From the NCBI GenBank assembly GCA_965200635.1, contig OZ241364.1, positions 990,094 through 1,054,093 on the forward strand: DNA of 64,000 nt, read 5' to 3'. The stretch comes from Solirubrobacterales bacterium (GTDB lineage: Bacteria; Actinomycetota; Thermoleophilia; Solirubrobacterales; 70-9). The notes under the pieces are model-generated. The model saw only the letters and a program-made list of their open reading frames with translations. It was not told where the DNA came from and did no database searches. Below are positions 8,546-18,408 of the stretch, in pieces; position 1 is the first letter of the stretch, and every line of letters starts with the position of its first letter. The position numbers were made by a program, and so were the translations under genes.

Positions 8546-9334
8546 CTAGTCGCGGGGCTTGAAAGTGGCGCGGTAGGAGGCGCTGATGTCGACGGTGAGG
8601 GGCGCGTCCCCCGGCCAGGTCGACGGGAAGCTGCAGTGGAAGTCCTGCGAGGTGTCGACACTGAACTTCTTGCGGGCGATGAACTTCGAGGCGTCGACCG
8701 GGATCGGCCGTGCCGCAAGGGAGTCGCCCTCGATCGCGCCTTCCTCGACCTTGGGGGTGCAGGCCGTCGTCCCCAGGACCCGCATGTCCGGCTCGAGCAC
8801 GCCGGGGCAGGCGCCCCAGGGAAGCTGGCCGAAGCCGGCGCCGAGCGCGAACTTCCCGCCCGACCACGAGAGCCCGACGTCGACCTTCTGCTTTTCGGTC
8901 CCGCAGTCGCTGCGGTCGGCGATCTTGGAGAGCGGCTCGGGATCGCCCTCGACCCAGCCGCACGGGCGGCCGTTGATCACCGCGAACCTCCCCTGCTTCG
9001 AGTAGGCCCCCGGCGCCGTGTAGCTGCCGCTGACGTTGAAGGAGGAGAACTTCACCCCGTTGCCGGCGAGGGTCGTCTGCGCCGGGATCGGCTCCTTCGA
9101 CTTGAAGCTCATCGAGACCGTGCCGGAGCCCTGCGCCTTCTGGCCGGCGGTGCCGTAATACGCTTCGCACGCCTCCGGAACCTCGGCTTCGAAGCTCCAT
9201 TTCACGGTCTGCTTGCCGGAGACCGAGACGGCCCATTCGGTCGGCGGCGCGATCAGCGCGTGGGCGGCGGTCGTGCCGAGGAGGAGGGCGCCGAGGACGG
9301 CGAGCGAGGCGAGCGCTGAGAGGCGGCGGAGCAT
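8546..9334 (-). CDS. secreted hypothetical protein
   Basis: Signal peptide MLRRLSALASLAVLGALLLGTTAAHA at the internal Met (9334). The upstream part of the tracked ORF is Arg/Ser-rich and not protein-like. Confidence 0.6.
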   Translation of the reverse strand: MLRRLSALASLAVLGALLLGTTAAHALIAPPTEWAVSVSGKQTVKWSFEAEVPEACEAYYGTAGQKAQGSGTVSMSFKSKEPIPAQTTLAGNGVKFSSFNVSGSYTAPGAYSKQGRFAVINGRPCGWVEGDPEPLSKIADRSDCGTEKQKVDVGLSWSGGKFALGAGFGQLPWGACPGVLEPDMRVLGTTACTPKVEEGAIEGDSLAARPIPVDASKFIARKKFSVDTSQDFHCSFPSTWPGDAPLTVDISASYRATFKPRD

Positions 9335-9485
9335 CGTCCCGCGAGATTGGCAGAGCCCCGGCGCGCCCGCATCCGTCAAAGCACGGGACTTATGATGGCC
9401 GCGGATGGCAGATCGGACCCTGGAGCCCACCGCGGGCAGCGACGCTCGGTGGACCGGTGCGCCCCCCTCCGGCGATCGCAGCGCC

Positions 9486-10598
9486 GTGGTGGCGATGGCC
9501 GGCGCCGGGCAGCTGGCGCAGATGACCCAGCAGGCCGCGATCTCCCTCGGGATCGAGCTGAGGATCCTGGCCGGGGCGGAGACCGAGTCGGCCGTACTCG
9601 CCGGAGCCCGAGCGCTCATCGGCGACGACACGGCGGAGAACCTGCGCGCGCTCGCCGATGGCGCCGCCGTCCTGACCTTCGACCACGAGGGCTTCGACCC
9701 CGACCTTCTCGCCCAGCTCAAGGCCGAGGGGCTGCATATGGCCCCGTCGCCTGAGGCGGTCCTCTACGCCCAGGACAAGCAGTACGCCCGGGAGAAGCTC
9801 TCCGACCGCTTCCCGCTGCCGCCCTTCGCGCTCGCCGAGTCGATCGAGGACGTCGACTCGTTCGCGGTGGAGCACGGCTGGCCGGTGGTCGCCAAGACCC
9901 CCCGCGGCGGCTACGACGGCGGCGGCGTCTTCGTCCTCGACGATCGCGAGGCGGCCGCCGACCTGGCCGGGAAAGTCGACGGCACCCTCATCCTGGAGCC
10001 GCTGATCGCGATCCGCCGCGAGTTCGCCGTCCTCGCCGCCCGCAGCACCGCGGGCGAGATCGCCATCTACCCAGTCGTCGAGACGATCCAGAAGAACGCG
10101 ATCTGCCACGAGACCCTCGTCCCCGCGGCGCTGCCCCCCGAGGTGCAGGCGGAGGCGACCGAGATCGCCCGGCGGCTGGTCGAGGAGATCGACGCCACCG
10201 GCATCGTCGCGGTCGAGTTCTTCCTCACCGACGACGGCATCCTCATCAACGAGCTCGCCCTTCGCCCCCACAACTCGGGCCACTGGACGATCGAGGGCAG
10301 TGTCACCTCCCAGTTCGAGCAGCACCTGCGAGCGGTCCTCGGCTGGCCGTTGGGATCGACCGAGCTCCGAGCGCCAGCGGTGGCGCTGGTGAACATCTTG
10401 GGCCCCGAGAACGGAGTGGACCCACTGGAGCGCGTCCCCGACCTGATCGCCGATCCCTACGTTCGCCTTCACCTCTACGCAAAGGGGTATAGGCCAGGCC
10501 GCAAGCTAGGCCACGCGACCGTCCTGGGACCCGACCTCGACACCGCCCGCAAGAAGACCACCCAAGTCCGCGCCCTACTGCAAGGAGACCCCGAATGA
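9486..10598 (+). CDS. purK: N5-carboxyaminoimidazole ribonucleotide synthase
   Basis: ATP-grasp protein with an N-terminal GAGQLAQM motif. Overlaps purE. Start uncertain (GTG at 9486 or ATG at 9495). Confidence 0.9.
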   Translation: MVAMAGAGQLAQMTQQAAISLGIELRILAGAETESAVLAGARALIGDDTAENLRALADGAAVLTFDHEGFDPDLLAQLKAEGLHMAPSPEAVLYAQDKQYAREKLSDRFPLPPFALAESIEDVDSFAVEHGWPVVAKTPRGGYDGGGVFVLDDREAAADLAGKVDGTLILEPLIAIRREFAVLAARSTAGEIAIYPVVETIQKNAICHETLVPAALPPEVQAEATEIARRLVEEIDATGIVAVEFFLTDDGILINELALRPHNSGHWTIEGSVTSQFEQHLRAVLGWPLGSTELRAPAVALVNILGPENGVDPLERVPDLIADPYVRLHLYAKGYRPGRKLGHATVLGPDLDTARKKTTQVRALLQGDPE

Positions 10599-11092
10599 GC
10601 CAGCCCCTGGTAGCCATCGCGATGGGCAGCGAATCCGACTTGGAGACGATGACCCCGGCAGCCGAGGCCCTCACCGAGCTAGGAGTCGCCTCCGAACTCC
10701 GAATCCTCTCCGCCCACCGCACCCCCGACGAGATGATCGCCTTCGGCCGCAAAGCCGCCGCCAACGGATTCAAGGTCATCATCGCCGGCGCCGGCGGAGC
10801 CGCCCACCTCCCCGGCATGCTCGCCTCCGTCACCCCCCTCCCCGTCATCGGCGTCCCCCGCTCCCTCAACAACCTGGACGGCCTCGACTCCCTCCTCTCG
10901 ATCGTGCAAATGCCCAAAGGCGTCCCGGTAGCGACCGTCGCAATCGACGGAGCCCGCAACGCTGGCCTTCTCGCAGCGAGGATCCTCGCGACCAGCGATC
11001 CAGAGCTCCGCGGCCGGATCGAGACCATGCAGCAAGAGATGTCCGATGCGGTCCGCGCGTCAGATGGACTGCTCCGCAGCGAGAACGACTGA
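10595..11092 (+). CDS. purE: N5-CAIR mutase (class I PurE)
   Basis: MGSESD, SAHRTPDEM and AGGAAHLPGM motifs. Confidence 0.95.
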   Translation: MSQPLVAIAMGSESDLETMTPAAEALTELGVASELRILSAHRTPDEMIAFGRKAAANGFKVIIAGAGGAAHLPGMLASVTPLPVIGVPRSLNNLDGLDSLLSIVQMPKGVPVATVAIDGARNAGLLAARILATSDPELRGRIETMQQEMSDAVRASDGLLRSEND

Positions 11093-11114
11093 TTCATCCC
11101 GCTCTAGGAGAGAG

Positions 11115-12071
11115 CTAGGCCGCTGCTTCTCTTTCCTTCAGGATTTTTCTCAGCGTCGGCATCAAGGAAGCGGCTCCCCCGATCTTCAATGGGGATCCGT
11201 CGAGTCGTGCGAGTTCAGTGAACGAGCGCAGTGAAGAATCGATCCGCACCTTCAGCTCGTCATCAATCGTGATCAGCCCAGCATCAAACAAGGCGTGCAG
11301 ATCCGCCCTCAGCAAGAGTCCGCCCTCGAGTTCATGGCGTGCACTTTTTGCATAGGGGATTAGGTGGGCAGCGTGCAAGCTCTTCTCCGGCTGCGGTCCA
11401 GTGAAAGCGCAAACAGGTCCAAACCGCATCAGGAGTTGGCGACGGAACTCTCGCTGTCCGATTCGACCCAGCGCAGTAAGTTTGCGGTAGCCGCCAGGGA
11501 TCTCGGGCAACACGACGCTGCCACCCCGCTCCCACCACGGGGCGCCAATGAGGACTTGGCGGCGAGTCACCAGATCCCGGAGCGCCTGCGGATCGACAGG
11601 CCGAATGGCGTGCTGTTTCGCTCGCGATCGGTAGCAGCCCGCCTCGAGTTCACCGGCCGTCACGGCACCACCGATCGACACCCAGCTCCGCGCGTAGTCG
11701 GCTCGATAGATGGTCACTGGGATCTGTTCCACCGACGGCCGATCGAATTCAGCCATGCAGCGACTGCATTTGTAAGTCGGATGCATGGTCGTCCGACTCT
11801 TGAAAGCAGTGCTTTCGCATTCGGGACAGCGCGACCGCTCCTTCTCGCCGCTCCGACGCGCCACCTCATCGACGCGCGAGATCCCTAGCAGCCCCCGCGA
11901 GTCTCGAACTGCGCAGATATCACCGCCGCTCGGGCCATCCCGATTGGCGACAGTCGAGTCCCAGCTGTAGTACCGGCTGGGATCGTCGTCGTAGCCCTGA
12001 TTGCCTTGGTGTTGACGCTCGTCCTCGTCGACGACCAAGAACGACCACGCTCGTTCGGTCACGGCTCCCAT
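11115..12071 (-). CDS. HNH endonuclease with Zn-ribbon and an unassigned N-terminal domain (possible modification-dependent restriction enzyme)
   Basis: C-terminal HNH core: CAFTG...HAAHLIPYA...LLLRADLHALFDAGLITID. CPEC...CSRC zinc ribbon. First gene of the AT-richer island. Confidence 0.72.
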   Translation of the reverse strand: MGAVTERAWSFLVVDEDERQHQGNQGYDDDPSRYYSWDSTVANRDGPSGGDICAVRDSRGLLGISRVDEVARRSGEKERSRCPECESTAFKSRTTMHPTYKCSRCMAEFDRPSVEQIPVTIYRADYARSWVSIGGAVTAGELEAGCYRSRAKQHAIRPVDPQALRDLVTRRQVLIGAPWWERGGSVVLPEIPGGYRKLTALGRIGQREFRRQLLMRFGPVCAFTGPQPEKSLHAAHLIPYAKSARHELEGGLLLRADLHALFDAGLITIDDELKVRIDSSLRSFTELARLDGSPLKIGGAASLMPTLRKILKEREAAA

Positions 12072-12277
12072 TCTTCGTCAGATTATTCAAGTTTCTGCAA
12101 ATGATGGGCTACGTCCTCTCGGAGCGACCTGATTTCGCTTCAGTCCGTCACCCGCGCACAAGAACGTGACACTTATGGAGAAATTGCATAGATTGGTGAG
12201 GCCAAAAAACACGCACGGGGGACTTTTCATGGCTTGCAGTGAAGAACTAGTTGCGGTGGACGTCCGAGGGGCTTCTG

Positions 12278-12802
12278 ATGTCGCCTGAGTTCGAGGCGAT
12301 TCGGTCGAAGAAAGCGTTCCTCGTTCCTCTGAGCGTCGCCGTCGCGGCTGCGATCAGTGCCTGTGGCGGGGGCACTAAGACCGAGACCGTTCACGAAGCA
12401 GGCACCATCAAGACGGTTAAGGAAGCGGCGCACCCTCACCACCATCACAAGAAGAAGCACCACGGTCCCCCGGCAGCGGAAGAAGCCGAAGCACAGGAAG
12501 CCGAAGAAGAAGCTCAGGTCGAAGCACGGGAAGTGCGTCAAGAAGCGAAGCGGGAAGCACGGGCAGAACAAGCCAAGATCGAAGCCGAACTCCAGGTCGA
12601 AATCCAAGAAGCGGAAGGCGAACTGGAAGCTGCTCCCTACGGCTCGGCGGCACCTTCCGAATCGCATTTCTCCCACGGCTCCCATAGCTCCCACAGCTCG
12701 CATTCCTCCCACGTCTCAAGCTCTGGCGGCGGCGAATATGGGGGCGGGCACTACTCGCACTCCTCCCATTCTTCGCACAGCTCCCACTACTCGTCGAGCT
12801 GA
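12278..12802 (+). CDS. hxsA: His-Xaa-Ser repeat protein HxsA (lipoprotein-type signal, E/A/K-rich linker, 11 HxS repeats)
   Basis: Lipobox AAISAC. HPHHHHKKKHH. C-terminal HFSHGSHSSHSSHSSHVS...HYSHSSHSSHSSHYS (12665-12799). Followed by hxsD/B/C. Confidence 0.75.
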   Translation: MSPEFEAIRSKKAFLVPLSVAVAAAISACGGGTKTETVHEAGTIKTVKEAAHPHHHHKKKHHGPPAAEEAEAQEAEEEAQVEAREVRQEAKREARAEQAKIEAELQVEIQEAEGELEAAPYGSAAPSESHFSHGSHSSHSSHSSHVSSSGGGEYGGGHYSHSSHSSHSSHYSSS

Positions 12803-12803
12803 A

Positions 12804-13130
12804 GTGGGCGCTCAAGAGCAAGTTCCCGGTCGCTCGATCGAGGTCAGCTTCGCCGCCCCGACCACCTCCATCGACGCTATCCAGCGAGCCGCCTATCGGT
12901 TCAGCGATCGTTTCTCATGCGAGCTATTGCCGGGCGAAGCCACGCACGTTTGCGTGCTTCGGTCTCGGGGGGACTCGGATATCGACGCGGAGGTCGAGAG
13001 CTTCCGGGTCGAGGTGCTCGATCAGACGTTGCGGGAGCGCGTCCGCGCTGAGACCGAACCGATAAGGACGATGATCCTGGCCCAGGCGTTCTCGCGAACG
13101 GGCGTCGTAGATCCCCAGGACCTCGACTGA
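12804..13130 (+). CDS. hxsD: His-Xaa-Ser system protein HxsD
   Basis: About 108 aa from a GTG start 1 nt after the hxsA stop. Its position and size match HxsD between hxsA and the radical-SAM pair. Called from context. Confidence 0.6.
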   Translation: MGAQEQVPGRSIEVSFAAPTTSIDAIQRAAYRFSDRFSCELLPGEATHVCVLRSRGDSDIDAEVESFRVEVLDQTLRERVRAETEPIRTMILAQAFSRTGVVDPQDLD

Positions 13131-13131
13131 C

Positions 13132-14586
13132 GTGTCCAGGTTTCGTGAGGCAGAGGCCTTCGTCGCGAGCGGGGACGACTGGCGGCTGCTCCCGTTTCGG
13201 TTCGAGCGGCTCAATGGCCGGGTGCTGGTCACCAACATGGTCGGGGAGCATTTGATGCTGTCTGCTGAGGATTTCGAACTTCTTGCGGGTGGCGACCTTC
13301 CCAGTGACTCGAGACTGGTTCGGCGGCTCCGAGCTAAGCAGATGATCAGGAGAGCTGGAGAGCGGGCGCCCTTGACGCTGCTGGCCCTCAAGTCCCGGAC
13401 CCGCTACGCGCGCCTGGCGGAATCCACGGGTCTCCACATTTTCGTCGTGTCGCTGAGATGCGAGCACTCCTGCCCCTACTGTCAAGTCTCGCGTCAGAGC
13501 GAGGATCGGGACCGTTACGACATGTCCCTGTCTACCGCAGAACGGGGCCTCGATATGGCGTTCCGTTCACCGTCTCGTTCTCTGAAGATTGAGTTCCAAG
13601 GCGGCGAGCCCCTGCTCAACTTCGAGCTGATCGAAGAAGTCGTGCGCCAAGCCGAGGAACGGAACCGCGACGAGGGCCGCGACCTCGGCTTCGTTATCGC
13701 CAGCAATCTTGCGTTGCTGAGCGATGAGGTGCTCGACTTCTGCGCCCGACACGACGTCCACATCTCGACGTCCCTCGACGGGCCGGCCGACCTGCACAAC
13801 CGAAACCGTCCTCGGCCCGGCCGCGACAGCTGGGAGCGTGCGGTGGACGGAATCCGACGCGCGCGCGAGGCCCTCGGGGTCGATCACGTCTCGGCCCTGA
13901 TGACGACCACGAAGCGGAGTCTCGGCCGATCGCGCGACATCATCGACACGTATGTCGACCTGGGGCTTCGAGGGATCTTTCTCCGCCCCCTCTCGCCGTA
14001 TGGATTCGCGATCAAGACTAAGAGCTACTCCGCCTACGATGCCGAACGTTGGCTCGATTTCTACCGCGAGGGACTCGCGTACATCCTTGAGTTGAATCGT
14101 CAGGGCTTGGGTCTCACGGAGTACTTCTCGACCGTGATCCTGCGGAAGATGTTGACCAACATCGAACCGGGTTACGTAGACCTCACCTCCCCGGCCGGAA
14201 TCGGGATCGGAGCGCTCGTCTACAACTACGACGGCTCGGTCTATGCCTCCGACGAGGGCCGCATGCTGGCCGAGATGGGCGACGAAACCTTCCGCCTTGG
14301 TCATCTCGAGAAAGACAGCTACGAGGAGATCATGACTGCCGACGCGCTGCTTGCCCCTCTGGAGGAGTCCTTTGCGCCGAGCGCGCCGATGTGCAGTGAC
14401 TGCGCTTTTGAGCCCTACTGTGGATCCGACCCCGTCTATCACTACGCCACGACTGGCGACTTCCTCGGCCGTAAGAGCGAATCAGACTTCTGCCGCCGCA
14501 ACATGGCGATCTTCAAGCATCTGATCGAGCTCTACGAAAGCGACGAATTCGCGCGGCAGACGTTCCTTGGTTGGGCCGGACGATGA
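13132..14586 (+). CDS. hxsB: His-Xaa-Ser system radical SAM maturase HxsB (radical SAM plus SPASM-like C-terminus)
   Basis: CEHSCPYCQV (CxxxCxxC). C-terminal Cys cluster CSDCAFEPYCGSD...FCRRN. Confidence 0.82.
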   Translation: MSRFREAEAFVASGDDWRLLPFRFERLNGRVLVTNMVGEHLMLSAEDFELLAGGDLPSDSRLVRRLRAKQMIRRAGERAPLTLLALKSRTRYARLAESTGLHIFVVSLRCEHSCPYCQVSRQSEDRDRYDMSLSTAERGLDMAFRSPSRSLKIEFQGGEPLLNFELIEEVVRQAEERNRDEGRDLGFVIASNLALLSDEVLDFCARHDVHISTSLDGPADLHNRNRPRPGRDSWERAVDGIRRAREALGVDHVSALMTTTKRSLGRSRDIIDTYVDLGLRGIFLRPLSPYGFAIKTKSYSAYDAERWLDFYREGLAYILELNRQGLGLTEYFSTVILRKMLTNIEPGYVDLTSPAGIGIGALVYNYDGSVYASDEGRMLAEMGDETFRLGHLEKDSYEEIMTADALLAPLEESFAPSAPMCSDCAFEPYCGSDPVYHYATTGDFLGRKSESDFCRRNMAIFKHLIELYESDEFARQTFLGWAGR

Positions 14587-15764
14587 TCAACCTTCGCGGC
14601 CGTGCAAGCGCTTTCGGTTTGCTGCAGCCCCTAGAGCGTGCGGTCTGGATGGTCGTCGATAGCGATCACCTGACGCCGCAGCGGCATGGACGGGCTTACA
14701 AGGTGCGCGCCGGCGAGATCACTCCGCCCGGCTTCGGTCTCTACCTGGTCGACGAGCCGCAATTAGCACCCATCGACGAGTCGTGGATCGCCCTACCCCC
14801 GCTCTTGCAGTACGTCGCCGCCGGAGACGTCATCTCCGCTTCGGCCACCGGGGAGCACGTTCGCGTGCTCTGGCGAGCGGGGAGCCCTAACAACAGCGTC
14901 CTTCTGACCGAGCGTTGCGACCACTACTGCCTGATGTGCTCACAGCCACCGAAGGAACGAGACGACGACTGGCTGCTGGACAACGCTGCAGAGCTCATCC
15001 GCTTGCTTCCGACCTCGACGCCAGGGATTGGCTTCACCGGTGGCGAGCCGACGACCTACGGACAACGGCTCATCGAACTCCTGCGCCTCTGTCGGAACCT
15101 GCTTCCAGACGCCGGCGTGCACGTCCTCTCCAACGGTCGACGTTTCGCAAATTTCGCCTTTGCCAGATCTTGGGCGAGCGTCGACAACCCGAGGATGATG
15201 GTCGGCATCCCTCTCTACGGCGCGGAGCCCGCGCTTCACGACTACGTGGTCCAGTCCGAGGGAGCCTTTGAGGACACGGTCCGCGGAATCGTCAATCTCG
15301 GCGAAGTCGGGCAGCGGATCGAGATTCGCGTCGTCATTCACCAGCAGACGGCTCCAGCTCTGCCGGAGATCGCCGAGTACATCGCCCGCAACCTCCCCTT
15401 CGTCGAGCAAGTCGCGCTTATGGGTCTCGAGATGATGGGCTTCGCCCGCGCCAACGTCAAAGACGTCTGGATAGACCCCGTCGACTACCAAGACGAACTG
15501 CGCGAGGCCGTCTCACTCCTCGCACGCCGACGAGTCAAGACGATGATCTACAACCATCAGCTCTGTCTGCTCCACCGCGAACTATGGCCCTTCGCGGTCC
15601 GCTCGATCTCGGATTGGAAGAACGAGTACCACCCCGAGTGCGAGGCGTGCAGCGTTAGGGAGCGCTGCGGCGGTTTCTTCTTCTCGGCGAAATACCGGCA
15701 CAGCGAGAACATCCAGGCGGTGGCCGCGGAGGCGGGGCGGGCGCCAGCGTTGCTGGAGATCTGA
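14583..15764 (+). CDS. hxsC: His-Xaa-Ser system radical SAM maturase HxsC
   Basis: CDHYCLMCSQ (CxxxCxxC). C-terminal CEACSVRERC. ATGA overlap with the hxsB stop. Confidence 0.82.
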   Translation: MINLRGRASAFGLLQPLERAVWMVVDSDHLTPQRHGRAYKVRAGEITPPGFGLYLVDEPQLAPIDESWIALPPLLQYVAAGDVISASATGEHVRVLWRAGSPNNSVLLTERCDHYCLMCSQPPKERDDDWLLDNAAELIRLLPTSTPGIGFTGGEPTTYGQRLIELLRLCRNLLPDAGVHVLSNGRRFANFAFARSWASVDNPRMMVGIPLYGAEPALHDYVVQSEGAFEDTVRGIVNLGEVGQRIEIRVVIHQQTAPALPEIAEYIARNLPFVEQVALMGLEMMGFARANVKDVWIDPVDYQDELREAVSLLARRRVKTMIYNHQLCLLHRELWPFAVRSISDWKNEYHPECEACSVRERCGGFFFSAKYRHSENIQAVAAEAGRAPALLEI

Positions 15765-15778
15765 GAGGTCGAAGGAAC

Positions 15779-16411
15779 GTGTGGCGGTGGATCGGGGACT
15801 GGTTCGAGATTTGCGTCTCGATCGTCGGAACCGTGCTCGGGGTCGCCGCGGGCGCGGTGGCGATGAACACGGCTCACGCGAATCTCGAAGCGAGCTTCTA
15901 CGACACGATCGCCCAAATTCTTCCTGTGTTCTTGGTCGCACTCGCAGTCGAGCAGAAGCTGATCGACCGCCTGGGCATCGTCGAGGACGAGTACGTGAAG
16001 CGTGCTGATCGCGCCCTCGATCTCGCCATCGCCGCCGAACAGGCCGACAGAGCCGGGGAGTACATCGTTGCCCAGGAGTTTCAGGACAGCTTCGACAGCG
16101 AGCCGCGATTCGGATGGGTCCGTGGATACGTGGATGAGCTGATCTACGGTGACGACGCGAGCGTGCGGGCCGGGGTAGCCGCACAGGCGCGTGATCACTA
16201 CCGTCGAGAGCGTCTGAATGAGGCCCTGTTCGTGGCGATCGCCATCACTGCGCTCATCGTCGGAGAGTGTGCCGCGCTTGGAGGCATGCTACAGGGAGGG
16301 AGTTCACGATGTTCGCTATACCTGGGTCTGGCTATCGGAAGTACGGTCGCCGTGATCGTAGCTTTGACCTTTAGTGGCGCCCGTGAACTGGTGAACTCGC
16401 TGCTTCGGTAA
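15779..16411 (+). CDS. hypothetical membrane protein (about 4 TM), 14 nt after hxsC
   Basis: Hydrophobic segments at both ends. No family recognised. Confidence 0.45.
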   Translation: MWRWIGDWFEICVSIVGTVLGVAAGAVAMNTAHANLEASFYDTIAQILPVFLVALAVEQKLIDRLGIVEDEYVKRADRALDLAIAAEQADRAGEYIVAQEFQDSFDSEPRFGWVRGYVDELIYGDDASVRAGVAAQARDHYRRERLNEALFVAIAITALIVGECAALGGMLQGGSSRCSLYLGLAIGSTVAVIVALTFSGARELVNSLLR

Positions 16412-16539
16412 GCCGGGGTCGGGTCGCTGCGCGGCCCGACCTCCGGGTGAACGCTTTGGCGCACTCCCCTCCACGGGTCTAGGTAGCCGCAAACCGACCT
16501 GTGAACAAACGAGGCCACCAACCGAGTTCGGCAGTCGAA

Positions 16540-17436
16540 TTAGTCGTGCTTGCCGCGCCGACTGAACGGTTCGGCGAGATCCGCTTCGGCGAAGCCGCTC
16601 GAAGTCGGAGACCCGTTGGCGTAGCGATAGAGAGCGACGGCGAAGATCTCGCGGGTGGCGAGGGCGAGCGCCGAGATCAGCAGTAGGCCTCCGATCGCGA
16701 TGGCGATCAGCGCTGCGCCGAGGTTTGGGGAATCGCCCCTGATTGCCAGTCCGGCGCCGAAGACGATCGCGACCGGGACTAGGGCGACGGTGCTCCAGGC
16801 GGCGATGCTCACGAGCCCGGTGATCCCCTCGCCCCATTTTCCTTTGACCAGGCGGACCGAGCCCTTGGCGGTCTCGAGCGGTCCGGTGCCCTCCAACGCA
16901 AGTAAGGGCACGGCGAAGATCGTCGCCAGGCTCCAGGCTGCGCCGGCGAGCCACGATGCAACCCGCCCGGCGCCCGGAATCCTTGCTGCCACCTCCTCGA
17001 GGATGAGGCCGACGCCGGCTGCCAGCAGGGCCCATTGGGCGATCCGCCCGACCCGCTTCCACGAGATTTCCAACGCTTCCCGTACGCCGATCGGCCGACC
17101 GTCGAGACTGGCCGCCGCCGCACCCGCAAGCGCGACGTTGAAGAACACACTGATGAAAGTCATCGGGTAGAGCGCGATCAATCCGGCCAATGCCAGGCTC
17201 CCGTTCGAATGGGTCGGCGACCTGAACCACCCAGAGAAGTACATCGTCGCCGCTCCTCCCGCGAGCCCGAATCCCGTCCCGATCAGAGCGATCGCGATCA
17301 TCGTGGGATCCCGCCGGATGAGGTCCCAGGCGACTTTGGTCAACCGCCACCCCCGCGCCATCTTCCCTTCAGGCGCCCCACCGTCTCCGCTCATTCGCCC
17401 GTCCACGCCGGAAAGAATAGGGCAGATAACCAGCAA
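16540..17436 (-). CDS. polytopic membrane protein of unknown function
   Basis: Six or more hydrophobic helices (e.g. IAIALIGTGFGLAGGAATMYFSGWF). Start uncertain. Confidence 0.55.
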   Translation of the reverse strand: MLVICPILSGVDGRMSGDGGAPEGKMARGWRLTKVAWDLIRRDPTMIAIALIGTGFGLAGGAATMYFSGWFRSPTHSNGSLALAGLIALYPMTFISVFFNVALAGAAAASLDGRPIGVREALEISWKRVGRIAQWALLAAGVGLILEEVAARIPGAGRVASWLAGAAWSLATIFAVPLLALEGTGPLETAKGSVRLVKGKWGEGITGLVSIAAWSTVALVPVAIVFGAGLAIRGDSPNLGAALIAIAIGGLLLISALALATREIFAVALYRYANGSPTSSGFAEADLAEPFSRRGKHD

Positions 17437-17465
17437 TTACTTAGGGACTCTGAGGGTGCTCCTCG

Positions 17466-18371
17466 CTAGGGACGCGCCGGGGTGCGGGACCCAAGAACCC
17501 GCGGCCTGACCTCGAAGGACCGATGCGCGGTCCACTCCTTGCCGACCGGCGCTTCGGAGCGGATCCGCAGGAGAACCCTGGCGTCCGGCCCTTGGCGATA
17601 GCTCGCGGGCAGGCGCAGGCGGGCGGTGGTCGGCTCACCGCGCTTGACGACGACCGGGGCCGCCCCGACGGCGCGGCCATCGGCCCACAGCTCGACCCTG
17701 CCTTTGCAGCCCTTGCTCGAGCTGTGGGCGGCCGGGACGCAGCGCAGTCGCACCACAAAGGTGCGGAATCGGCGGTGGACGCTCGGCGACGAGCCGGGGG
17801 GCCGGGGGGCCGGGGTCGATCGCAGTTGCAGCGGCGGACCGGCGGCCGCGCCCTCGAAGTAGTCCCGGCGGCGAGCGTCCGCCGGTTCGAGAACATCTTG
17901 GGGCCGGCGGAGCGAAGGACGAGCCGGGGAGCGCCGACCGAGCCGGCCGCGATCCGGACTTGGGTCCGGGTGAGCAGCTTCGGAGTTCCCGTTTCGGGAG
18001 TCGCCGCGGAGGTGCTCAGGTCGAGGGCGCCTTCGCAGGACGCGCCGGGGGCGCCATCGCAGGCGGCCCGCAGCTGCAGGGTCCCGTCCGGGCTGACCCG
18101 GGCGCCCCGGCTGAGGGCGCGTAGCTTCGGCGCCGGGCCCGCAGGGGCCCCAGCGGGCGGCGCCGCGGTGAACTCGAGCTGGGATTCGGAGGGATCGAAG
18201 CGTTCGACGCCGAGGTAGTGGGCGACGACCCGGTGCGGGCCACTCGTCAGCAGCTTGGTGGGCGCCGACGCGGCGGCGCCGTCCACTCGGCTCCGCCCCG
18301 GCGCCGGCGGGCAGAACGACGGCGGCAAGAAGCCCGATCGATACCAAGCATGCAAGGAAGCGTCGACCCAT
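17466..18371 (-). pseudogene. secreted protein gene with two apparent frameshifts
   Basis: The signal peptide (MGRRFLACLVSIGLLAAVVLPAGAGA) and the protein-like C-terminus (GRVELWADGRAVGAAPVVVKRGEP...) are in one frame. The protein-like middle (HRVVAHYLGVERFDPSESQLEF...) is in the 17441..18589 frame. Confidence 0.4.
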
Positions 18372-18408
18372 CCGTGGGTATCAGCGGCTGCGCCGTTCAA
18401 GTCAAGGG

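Noticed and set aside
12665-12799. Short tandem DNA repeats: the HxS-coding repeats here, the KP-coding repeat at about 1321-1353, and the KA-coding tract at 39480-39720. Considered as possible CRISPR or VNTR arrays.
   Set aside because: All are in-frame coding repeats within supported ORFs. There is no repeat-spacer architecture, and no CRISPR array is present in the window.
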